Sequence record: AP018399.1 | DNA: 64,000 nt | Direction: 5' to 3' (one strand) | Made by a program: the position numbers and the translations under genes | Notes under the pieces: generated by a model | Databases searched by the model: none | What the model saw: only the letters and a program-made list of their open reading frames with translations | Told to the model about the DNA's origin: nothing | Part shown: one piece after another, positions 18,498-26,354 of the stretch | How the letters are laid out: every line of letters starts with the position of its first letter | Position numbering within the stretch: position 1 is the stretch's first letter

Positions 18498-19511
18498 TTA
18501 CTTCTTAGCGCCGTTGCGACGAGCGCGTAGCTTTTCGAAGATATCCTCTTCCTCATCGTCTTCCTCTTCCACTTCCTGCTTCGGGGCTGGCTTAGCGGCT
18601 GGCTTACGTGGGGCCGGTGCTTCTTCTTCCTCTTCCTCTACTTCCTCGCGAACCGGCTTAGCGGCTGGCTTGGCAGCAGGCTTACGAACCGGAGCTTCGT
18701 CCTCATCCTCTTCCTGCTTCGGGGCTGGCTTAGCAGCGGCCTTAGCTGGCTTGGCTGATTCCTTCTTACCACCGTCTTCATCTTCATACTCTTCGCCGCT
18801 TAGGTGGGCTGATAGCATGTTGTGAACCTTTTCGTAACCCAAGTCCTTCGGTAGTAGGGTGCCTAGGTCGATTAGTTCGATAGACTCCTGAACGTCAGCG
18901 TCAATTGCGCTTGGACGACGAGCAAAGCCCGAGCCAACAGCGTAAGTGCCGTATTCGCCCTGTGGGGTCTTCTTGATGATGAAGTCGTAACCGTCGTTGA
19001 AGTCGGTGAAGTCGCCAAGGTCATCAGAGCTAATCTGTTCCTTAATCTTCTCCATTAGCTGGTAGCCGAACTGAGTGTTCAGAACCTTGCCTTCATAGGT
19101 TTCGCCAGTGTCCTTGTTCGGAGCGAGCGGGTCTTCGACCACGAGTACGCGAACTAGGCTGGTCTTGTTGCGGTAGTAATACTTACCATTCTTGCTGCCC
19201 TTGCCCTCTTCCTTGTAATACTTACGTGAAAGTTCGCAAATCGGGCAATCTTCGCCGTGCATCGAACGGCATGGGATGCGCTTGTCTTCGCCATTGATTG
19301 AAATCTTGTGTTCTAGTCGGTCAACGTAGAACATGAACGGATTGTCTTCGTTACTGTCCGGCAGGATACGGACGCGAGCTTGGTCGCCTACTGCCATCTG
19401 CCAGAAGGGGTAAATGTCGCTGCTGTAGCCACCGCTACCGCCACTTTCCTTCTTCTGCTTCTCTTCCTGTAGCTTCTGCTTTAGGAGTTCAATACGTGAT
19501 AGTTTAGCCAT
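18498..19511 (-). CDS. gp32: Single-stranded DNA-binding protein (T4 gp32-like)
   Basis: VRILP, H/C/C/C zinc motif (H...C...CPIC), GYDFIIKK, long acidic tail with KPAAKPA repeats. Confidence 0.88.
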   Translation of the reverse strand: MAKLSRIELLKQKLQEEKQKKESGGSGGYSSDIYPFWQMAVGDQARVRILPDSNEDNPFMFYVDRLEHKISINGEDKRIPCRSMHGEDCPICELSRKYYKEEGKGSKNGKYYYRNKTSLVRVLVVEDPLAPNKDTGETYEGKVLNTQFGYQLMEKIKEQISSDDLGDFTDFNDGYDFIIKKTPQGEYGTYAVGSGFARRPSAIDADVQESIELIDLGTLLPKDLGYEKVHNMLSAHLSGEEYEDEDGGKKESAKPAKAAAKPAPKQEEDEDEAPVRKPAAKPAAKPVREEVEEEEEEAPAPRKPAAKPAPKQEVEEEDDEEEDIFEKLRARRNGAKK

Positions 19512-19623
19512 TATAGTTTCCTCTGTTGTGTTCTATGAGCTTTCTAAGTGTTCTGGTAGCGAGATAATTCTTGCTACAAGACTATTTAGTACAAACTCCG
19601 GTTTGTGTCACCGGAATGCAAGT

Positions 19624-19651
19624 AGAATACAGGAGGTAGTATAATTAGCAA
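19624..19651 (-). promoter_or_regulatory. Promoter TTGCTA-16-TATTCT upstream of gp32
   Basis: Shares the 12-mer CTTGCTAATTAT with the promoter upstream of gp41. Confidence 0.55.
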
Positions 19652-19654
19652 GCG

Positions 19655-20191
19655 TTATCGAATGATACGTTGCTGCTTCAAGTAGTTGGTTAGCTTGATG
19701 ATGTGCTTGCATAGACCAGATACCTTCTGCGGATTCACAGGAGGATATGAGTCGGTCTTACGGCGGTATGGTTCAGGCGGGTCGCCAGTCAGCGCATCGT
19801 CACGCTGGTCCCACACTGAGAAACGGAAGTAGAAATCCAGACAGGTGCAACGCACCTTGACATTGGACTTGTAAGGGCGGATAGGGTCAATGAAATACGT
19901 TGACCCGTCCGTGGCTTGAATCTCCTGACGGCCGTGACCGCCTTCGTCAAAATACTGGACGCCGGAGAAGACGATGATTGTTTCGTAGAACTTGTCGGAT
20001 GTGCGGGTACGAGCCTTCGCCGTCAGAGTCTTATTCTGCAATGACGGGATTAGGTTGACTTCCTGAATCTGAACCTTATTCGCGTTCTGGTCACGCGGAC
20101 TATCCTTGATAGTCGGAGCCTGCTTAGTTTGCGTAAGCAGCTTATTATAAGTTAGTTCAAGTAGTAGGTGGTCTTGGCCGCACTCACACAT
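19655..20191 (-). CDS. SWIM-type zinc finger protein
   Basis: VKVRCTCLDF...GLCKH (CxC...CxH); the start codon is uncertain. Confidence 0.65.
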   Translation of the reverse strand: MCECGQDHLLLELTYNKLLTQTKQAPTIKDSPRDQNANKVQIQEVNLIPSLQNKTLTAKARTRTSDKFYETIIVFSGVQYFDEGGHGRQEIQATDGSTYFIDPIRPYKSNVKVRCTCLDFYFRFSVWDQRDDALTGDPPEPYRRKTDSYPPVNPQKVSGLCKHIIKLTNYLKQQRIIR

Positions 20192-20736
20192 TAATCGTAG
20201 TCCGGGTGTGGGCGGTTACGCATCATCTGACGACGGTTTTCTGGGTCTTCCGTATCGAACTCTTCGTCAAACGTGTCGCGAACCACGCTATCCAAATTCT
20301 TGGCTAGGTAGCTGCGGGTCATCTGAATTAGATACTGCTCAAACTCTTCGTCTTCGACACGCTTTGAGCCGTAGTTGCGAGGACCGTTCGGAGTTTCCGA
20401 TACCATGATATCAGCACCCTTCAATGTGTCGGGACCGATTTCGTCAGTATCTACCGGCTTGTCTGGATAGACTTCGGCACGGAAAGACTGCTTGGTAGCA
20501 GTGTTGATGATACCAACATCGAATTCGGTAATCTGTCCGCCGTGTGACGAGTAGGAAACGCCGTGGCTGTGCGAGAAGTCACGTAGTTCCTTGTTATCCA
20601 CATAGAAGCGCATAACGTACAGAAGGTAGTCGCCAATCTTCTCGCCAGAGGCTTCGACTTCTACGACTTCTTCCTTTTCAGTTACAATCTGTTCGACTTG
20701 TGGCTTTTGTGTAATAAGTTTCTTGAGGAATTCCAT
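20191..20736 (-). CDS. Hypothetical protein
   Basis: 181-aa ORF with GGTGA SD and ATAAATA late motif at 20756..20762. Confidence 0.75.
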   Translation of the reverse strand: MEFLKKLITQKPQVEQIVTEKEEVVEVEASGEKIGDYLLYVMRFYVDNKELRDFSHSHGVSYSSHGGQITEFDVGIINTATKQSFRAEVYPDKPVDTDEIGPDTLKGADIMVSETPNGPRNYGSKRVEDEEFEQYLIQMTRSYLAKNLDSVVRDTFDEEFDTEDPENRRQMMRNRPHPDYD

Positions 20737-20761
20737 AGTTCACCTTTTATCCCAATATTTA

Positions 20762-22408
20762 TCAGGATAAGATGAAAGGCATAGGAATTTCTTCATAGTC
20801 GTATTCATCACGAAGCTTCTTCGTGTCGTCTTCCGAATACTCCCACTTGCCTTCCATTTCGATTTCCGATTCCACAGTATACATCTTAACGTAGGCGTTG
20901 TCATCATAAGTTGACATTTCCTGTAGGATGCGGAATATAATTAGGATGGCAGAAATGGTATCGTCGTGGGCACCAACGTTCGCAGCGTAAGCACCGTCCT
21001 TACGGACGTAGTTCTTCATTTCGTGGAACAGTGCTTCGGAGTTCAACGTCATCTGACCACGTTCGAACAATTCTTTAAACTTCAAAGCTGCACGAATTTT
21101 GGTCGCGGCCGTCGTGAACATACCCAGCTTGTTACCACCCGGCTCCGAAACGAAGTGAGCGTGGACCGGTGGCGTCTCGTCAGCTTCGTACAGAGAAATC
21201 ATACCGTTACCCACACCGTTATTTTCGATGGAGAAGTAGACTTCCTTGGTGTATGACTCCAAGAACTTAAGTAGGTTCTTAAGCTGGGTGTAAGCCACAG
21301 GCGAGGACATGGTGTTGGTACGGTATTCCATCACTTGAATCAGGGATGGGAATTCAAATACTTGGAATACCGTATAGTCTTCCCCGGAGCCTGTAGCCGG
21401 GTCAACACCAACAAGATAAGTTTTACTTGGGTCAAGTTTCTTCCAGAACTTGTGACCGGCAATTCTGTACGGGAAGCTCGGCATATAGCCCGGAGCATCC
21501 TTGTCATCCAGTCTGGTAAAGTCTTCAACTCGACGCTTGGCGGTCAATTCTGCCTGAGTGATGTGGTAAGAGTCAAATAGTGTATGGTCAGACGAAATGA
21601 ACATACATTCAAATTCCTGCTGCCACTTACGCTCACCAAGCTTGTCAATCATGGTTCGCTTAAACTTTTCGTCTCGGCCCGGAGGCTGGTCCCATTTTAC
21701 GTGCAATGGAATGAAGGCATCATCTTCTCGTTCCTCTGGTACCTTACCAATCGCGGTGAACCACATTCGGGCGAATAGGTTTGAGTCGCCGTTCGGGGTC
21801 GATGTAATAATCATCGCACCACCGGTCGAAATGGTCGGTAGGATTGAGTCCCAGAACTCTTCCTGTACGTGTGGCTTAACGAACGCCAACTCGTCACAGT
21901 AGATAAGCGAGATAGCTAGACCACGACCCGAGTCCTTAGAAGTCGTCGTAGAAACGATACGTGACTTGTTATCGAATGAACAGGTGTGCTTGTTCCAGTT
22001 GTCGGCGTCGATACCCGGCTTTAGCCAGTTCGGTAGCTCTTCGTAAGCGTATCGAATCTTGCCGATAAGTTCCATCGCGTTGGTCGATTTGTTCGACGCA
22101 ATCAGGACGGTCTTGTCGGGATGGAAGATAGCATACCAAAGTAGGAATGCACATGAGGTTTCAGTCTTACCGGTCTGACGAGCCGATAGGATGATGTTGA
22201 ATCGGTTCCCCATGTACATGCGGACCAACTCTTCCTGATAGTCATACAGGTTGAAGTTAATCTTACCACGCTTCGGGTGCTTGATTTTAATGTAATTACG
22301 AATGAAGTAGATTGGGTCTTTGGCACACTTCGCCAGTTCTACAATCTGCTCTTGGGTATATTCTGATAGGGTATTGGACTTCTTGAGTCCGGGATTGCCA
22401 CGAGCCAT
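20762..22408 (-). CDS. gp17: Terminase large subunit (T4 gp17-like)
   Basis: ARQTGKT Walker A, RGLAISLIYCDELAF, IITSTPNG, WQQEFEC, VGVDPATGSGEDY, HDDTI motifs. Confidence 0.95.
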   Translation of the reverse strand: MARGNPGLKKSNTLSEYTQEQIVELAKCAKDPIYFIRNYIKIKHPKRGKINFNLYDYQEELVRMYMGNRFNIILSARQTGKTETSCAFLLWYAIFHPDKTVLIASNKSTNAMELIGKIRYAYEELPNWLKPGIDADNWNKHTCSFDNKSRIVSTTTSKDSGRGLAISLIYCDELAFVKPHVQEEFWDSILPTISTGGAMIITSTPNGDSNLFARMWFTAIGKVPEEREDDAFIPLHVKWDQPPGRDEKFKRTMIDKLGERKWQQEFECMFISSDHTLFDSYHITQAELTAKRRVEDFTRLDDKDAPGYMPSFPYRIAGHKFWKKLDPSKTYLVGVDPATGSGEDYTVFQVFEFPSLIQVMEYRTNTMSSPVAYTQLKNLLKFLESYTKEVYFSIENNGVGNGMISLYEADETPPVHAHFVSEPGGNKLGMFTTAATKIRAALKFKELFERGQMTLNSEALFHEMKNYVRKDGAYAANVGAHDDTISAILIIFRILQEMSTYDDNAYVKMYTVESEIEMEGKWEYSEDDTKKLRDEYDYEEIPMPFILS

Positions 22409-22410
22409 AG

Positions 22411-22451
22411 AAAAAGAGAGCCTACATAGGTTTTAAACTATATAGGCTCTC
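22411..22451 (-). terminator. Rho-independent terminator immediately before the terminase start
   Basis: GAGAGCCTA..ATAG / CTAT..TAGGCTCTC stem followed by TTTTT, 2 nt before ATG 22408. Confidence 0.7.
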
Positions 22452-22457
22452 AATTTA

Positions 22458-23186
22458 TTAGTGAGCCAACGTCTTGATTTTACTTAGAAGTCTCTTTGCT
22501 CGACCCTTAAAGCTATGATTGTAGTTGTATTGCTTGCGTAGGTCATTCAAGAAGTACAGCAGATTGGCGCTGGTGAACTGTGGAACCAATGTCTTACCGT
22601 CCCAGATGGTGACCTTAAGGAAGTTGGTTTCTGATGTTGCCTTGCGCTTTGGATACACAACCTTCGGTAGATTGAACTGGAAGTAATGGCTCTGGTGATA
22701 GATTTCCTTCGGCATCACATTGAACTGGAATCGACCAAGGCTCCATGTCTTCTCCGGAAAGAGAGTTTCCTTACTATTCAGTGAGAATGGTAGCTGTGGG
22801 TCTTGTTGGTTCAGACGGCGGGCTTTGTCCACTGAATCCTTCTTGACCTTCGCCAGCGTCAATAGCGGTTCTCGGAGCTTGTTGAAAGCATCGCCGATTG
22901 ACTTCTCACCTTCGCAGAAGTTGGCAAAGATATCTAAAGTGGAATTGATGAATGGAGAAACCGTCCCACCTAGCTTACGGATATCTTCGGAAGTCGTTAC
23001 CGGAAACATTCGCTTCTCAATATCTTCGGACTTGAGTCCGTATGCACCCGAAGCAAACGTACATACGTAATACTGTGACTTGCGCTTGTCGTGCAGGATA
23101 CCGAAGGTGTAGCGACGACCATTCTGGTCTTCGTCGTGATACACCAGAGTGTATCCATTCTGTGTTGCAAATTCGTCAATAAACAT
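22458..23186 (-). CDS. Hypothetical protein
   Basis: 242-aa ORF with AAGGA SD. Confidence 0.75.
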   Translation of the reverse strand: MFIDEFATQNGYTLVYHDEDQNGRRYTFGILHDKRKSQYYVCTFASGAYGLKSEDIEKRMFPVTTSEDIRKLGGTVSPFINSTLDIFANFCEGEKSIGDAFNKLREPLLTLAKVKKDSVDKARRLNQQDPQLPFSLNSKETLFPEKTWSLGRFQFNVMPKEIYHQSHYFQFNLPKVVYPKRKATSETNFLKVTIWDGKTLVPQFTSANLLYFLNDLRKQYNYNHSFKGRAKRLLSKIKTLAH

Positions 23187-23223
23187 TTGGGTTCCTTATA
23201 GTTTCGACTATATAGGAACCCAA
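23187..23223 (-). promoter_or_regulatory. Long hairpin that sequesters the SD of the 22458..23186 gene
   Basis: TTGGGTTCCT-ATATAGT-CGAA-ACTATA-AGGAACCCAA; the 3' arm contains AAGGAA and abuts the ATG. Confidence 0.6.
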
Positions 23224-23239
23224 AATTATTGTGAGCGGA

Positions 23240-24220
23240 TTACTCTTCGTCGGTCCACTCAGAATCGTGACCGATGTTGTTGTCGTAGATAGCCCACTCC
23301 ACCATGTCCTTCGGACTGATATCGTAGCCTTCTCCTGCAAGACCAGCACGTAGCTGATTAACTCGCTTAACAAAATCCTCGTGGTTGCAGTCGTTGTGGC
23401 GCATCGTGACCATCATGATGATGGTACCGTCGTTATGCTTTTTAAGTGCATTGTGCGACAGGTGACAGCCGGGGTAGCGCTTGATGAGATACTTCAACTT
23501 GTCGTACTCAACATCACCTTCACCGATGGTGACCGGAATGTGGGCTTCGAAGTAGTTGTCTTCGCCACGGTCTGCCGCAGTGTGCGGATGCCACGGAACA
23601 GTCTCAATCTTCTGACGCACTACACGGTAGCCGCGACCTTCCAGTTCCACGGTGATGCGGTCCACTTCCTCAATGACGGTCTGGTTGGTGCCAACCATAG
23701 TCGAAGAGGTCATCACGTCCTTGATGATGCCGGAAGCCTTGGTGTGTAGGTCAAGCACGACAGCCTTGACGCCAATATCCTTACAGTCAATCAGGAATTG
23801 CTCGTAGGACGGAGCCTGAGCAACGGTGATGTGAATCTCATATGGGAAAGTCTCGTAGGACGGTAGGCTCTGTAGCTTCTCCCAATAATGGGTCTTCTTG
23901 AGCATCATCGCCGCGACTTTATCTTCGTGGATTTTCAGCTTGTACAGGATAGAGCGGGCGACAAGAATCACGTCCACGACGCCATCCGTCAATGCAGCCC
24001 GGTCAACGAAACGGTGACGGGTACCATCGGCATTGTCGAACGGAAGCAGAACCTTTGCCAGTTCACCGCATTCTTCCATCAACTTCAAACCCATCTGCGA
24101 CAGGTTCTTTGTGTCCTTTAGGGACAATTCTTTAATCTTATCGTCTAGTTCTTGCATATATTCCTTGTCGCGTACACCGTCTAGAATTCTAGCATACGCT
24201 TTCGATGGTCGTCTACTCAT
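23240..24220 (-). CDS. MazG-like nucleotide pyrophosphohydrolase fused to an uncharacterised C-terminal domain
   Basis: KLMEECGELAK...DGVVDVILVA MazG acidic motifs; C-terminal YEIHITV...KIETVPWHP...YFEAH domain; start set to ATG 24220 (GGAG SD, after terminator). Confidence 0.7.
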   Translation of the reverse strand: MSRRPSKAYARILDGVRDKEYMQELDDKIKELSLKDTKNLSQMGLKLMEECGELAKVLLPFDNADGTRHRFVDRAALTDGVVDVILVARSILYKLKIHEDKVAAMMLKKTHYWEKLQSLPSYETFPYEIHITVAQAPSYEQFLIDCKDIGVKAVVLDLHTKASGIIKDVMTSSTMVGTNQTVIEEVDRITVELEGRGYRVVRQKIETVPWHPHTAADRGEDNYFEAHIPVTIGEGDVEYDKLKYLIKRYPGCHLSHNALKKHNDGTIIMMVTMRHNDCNHEDFVKRVNQLRAGLAGEGYDISPKDMVEWAIYDNNIGHDSEWTDEE

Positions 24221-24244
24221 GTAGAACTCCTGTGTATCTAAATG

Positions 24245-24276
24245 AAAAAAGACGGGAGGACTTGCCTCCCGTCTTT
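24245..24276 (-). terminator. Rho-independent terminator
   Basis: AAAGACGGGAGG/CCTCCCGTCTTT stem followed by TTT. Confidence 0.85.
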
Positions 24277-24287
24277 GTGGTAATCGC

Positions 24288-24470
24288 TTACCCTTGTTTT
24301 GCTTTGAATCTTTTCCAGATGAGTGAGGCCGGGAGTGTAATAGGCCACACAATGGACTTGAGCAATGGCAGCATTACATGCTCAGGTTCTAGGTCACAAC
24401 GGTTGGGTATGAAGTGGAACAACGCTGCTGCGTACCCAGCCCACCAGAGACAGTATGCTAACCAGCCCAT
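24288..24470 (-). CDS. Small membrane protein
   Basis: Two hydrophobic segments, basic C-terminus; directly follows the LemA-like gene. Confidence 0.55.
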   Translation of the reverse strand: MGWLAYCLWWAGYAAALFHFIPNRCDLEPEHVMLPLLKSIVWPITLPASLIWKRFKAKQG

Positions 24471-24472
24471 GA

Positions 24473-25033
24473 TTACTTACGAAGCTGGATACCGTCGTCA
24501 ACACCGGTTTCGAAAGCCTTGTTCGAATGGGTGCTGGAAACAACCTTGATATCTTCCAGCTTAATCTTCGGGTAGCCAGCCAGCTTCAACCAGAAGCCCG
24601 ACCACACAAGACCTAGCTGTGTTTCATACGCACGCTTCTGGTCCAGAAGAACACGCTGCTCGTTGGCGAACTCGTCACGGTTGGCTTCAATCTTCTGCGA
24701 CAGGCGAGTGTACAGAGCGGCGTCCATGTTCGGATTCTGTTCCTGAATCCACTGCATGACAGCGCCAGAACCGTTTTCGCCGTAACGGCCTTCCAGTGCA
24801 TCGGCGTAGACCTTCGACAAGTCATCGCGGTACATGGTGTTGACCTGAGCCATTTCACCAATCTGAGTCGAATGCTTACCAAGCAACTGACGGTTGTCGT
24901 TCAGCTTGGCGACCAGAGCGGTTTCAGTGGCGACACCGTAGTTGGCGTACTTGATGTAGCTACCGATAGCCAGAATACCAGCGAGGACGATAGCGGCGAC
25001 GAATGCGCCAAGAATTACGAATGCTGCTTTCAT
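24473..25033 (-). CDS. LemA-like membrane-anchored helical protein
   Basis: N-terminal TM helix, helical body, KIEANRDEFANEQRVLLDQKRAYETQL...WLKLAGYP pattern resembling LemA. Confidence 0.55.
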   Translation of the reverse strand: MKAAFVILGAFVAAIVLAGILAIGSYIKYANYGVATETALVAKLNDNRQLLGKHSTQIGEMAQVNTMYRDDLSKVYADALEGRYGENGSGAVMQWIQEQNPNMDAALYTRLSQKIEANRDEFANEQRVLLDQKRAYETQLGLVWSGFWLKLAGYPKIKLEDIKVVSSTHSNKAFETGVDDGIQLRK

Positions 25034-25053
25034 TTCTTTAAGTTTCCTTGAGG

Positions 25054-26244
25054 TTAGTAGTAGCGGTTTGAACGAGTTGTGACACGATAGTTCGGGACAT
25101 GCAGCCTATTCAGAAGCGAGCCAGAACGATTGTTTGAAGCCCAATCACCACGTTCCAGTTCGAAATGATAGAAGAAAATGGTGGTTCCTGTCAAGACCAA
25201 AAGCTGGATAATTACAAACCAGAGAATGGCAGAGTCAGACGGCGAGTAATCTTCCTTGAGATATTCGAAGTCCTTCATGGCCTTGCGGTGGAAATCACTG
25301 GTGATTGTGGTCACCAGTACGTCCGACAACATAGTGGCATTACCGAACTGCTGACGAGTCACCAAGTCCTTGATGCGGTCACGCAGAAGTACAGCGAGCA
25401 TTTCGTTACCAGCGTTCTTACCGAAGGTCATGGTATCGACCCACGAGAAGGTGTTGTCGGCATCCATACCCACGATGACATTCACGTCGTTCTTCTTGCC
25501 ACCCAGCCATGCACGCTCAAGAGCGTAGCGGTAGTTGGTGTCGGTCGTCTTGACGAAGAGAACGTTGATGTTTACCTGCTTCGACGGTCCAAGGGTGCGA
25601 AGCGCCATGTTCAGTAAATCATTAAGTTCTTTGGCCTGCGGATACGTCACACCCACTTGAATCACACGGTTGATGCGGTAGTAATCGTAGATTCGCGGAT
25701 ACTTAGGAATCAGCGCACCGTACTTGGCCGCATCACCCTCAAGGTTGTCCATCGCGAACAGGCTCTTCGGAGCAGCCTTCACGTAATTGACATAGGATTG
25801 AGTGTTGGATGCCGGTTCTCCAATCTGAACCATCGTCCAGCGAGGCGGTTCCTCGGTACCCTGACGGTTGATACGGTCAATCTCAAGGTTACCGACGCTG
25901 GTGTAGACTCGCCAGTCAACGTCGTAGGAATGTTCGTAGCACGTCGAGCAATGCTGTGTGCAGGTACGAGTCTTGCCGGTGCTTGAGCAAGTGGTGTAGC
26001 AGTTGCAGCGGTACGAGTGTCCGCAGGAAACCTTGACACGTTCCTTGCCGGTAACCTGACCATTGATGATGGCGGTATCGCCCATGTCCTTGTAGTAGAT
26101 GGCAAAAATCACCATGATACTGACAACCGTGGCGATGCCAGCTTGGAGCAAGGCTTCCTTAAAAGTAATCTTGTTCTTGAAAATCAGATGCACCGCAGCA
26201 GCCCAGAGGATGACGACGATGAGGTTAATGACGAAAATTGCCAT
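25054..26244 (-). CDS. Membrane protein (two N-terminal TMs, Cys-rich segment, periplasmic domain, C-terminal TM)
   Basis: Hydrophobic ends; CGHSYRCNCYTTC...CTQHCSTC; start set to ATG 26244 downstream of a consensus promoter. Confidence 0.75.
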   Translation of the reverse strand: MAIFVINLIVVILWAAAVHLIFKNKITFKEALLQAGIATVVSIMVIFAIYYKDMGDTAIINGQVTGKERVKVSCGHSYRCNCYTTCSSTGKTRTCTQHCSTCYEHSYDVDWRVYTSVGNLEIDRINRQGTEEPPRWTMVQIGEPASNTQSYVNYVKAAPKSLFAMDNLEGDAAKYGALIPKYPRIYDYYRINRVIQVGVTYPQAKELNDLLNMALRTLGPSKQVNINVLFVKTTDTNYRYALERAWLGGKKNDVNVIVGMDADNTFSWVDTMTFGKNAGNEMLAVLLRDRIKDLVTRQQFGNATMLSDVLVTTITSDFHRKAMKDFEYLKEDYSPSDSAILWFVIIQLLVLTGTTIFFYHFELERGDWASNNRSGSLLNRLHVPNYRVTTRSNRYY

Positions 26245-26272
26245 TTGGGTGGTTGTCCTAAGTTGAGCCGCT

Positions 26273-26301
26273 ATAATAAACCAACAACATAGACTTGTCA
26301 A
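26273..26301 (-). promoter_or_regulatory. Sigma70 promoter TTGACA-17-TATTAT
   Basis: Consensus -35, 17-nt spacer, 5/6 -10; upstream of the membrane operon. Confidence 0.8.
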
Positions 26302-26308
26302 TAGGGCG

Positions 26309-26350
26309 TAAAAAGAAAGCCCCGAGTCCGCCTAAGCAAACTCGGGGCTT
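26309..26350 (-). terminator. Rho-independent terminator after the structured RNA
   Basis: 11-bp stem AAGCCCCGAGT/ACTCGGGGCTT followed by TCTTTTT. Confidence 0.85.
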
Positions 26351-26354
26351 CCCG

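Noticed and set aside
18463-18825. Plus-strand Ser/Ala-rich ORF over the gp32 tail
   Set aside because: Shadow of the low-complexity KPAAKPA/acidic tail
23176-23373. 65-aa minus-strand ORF
   Set aside because: Overlaps two better genes out of frame and crosses the RBS hairpin
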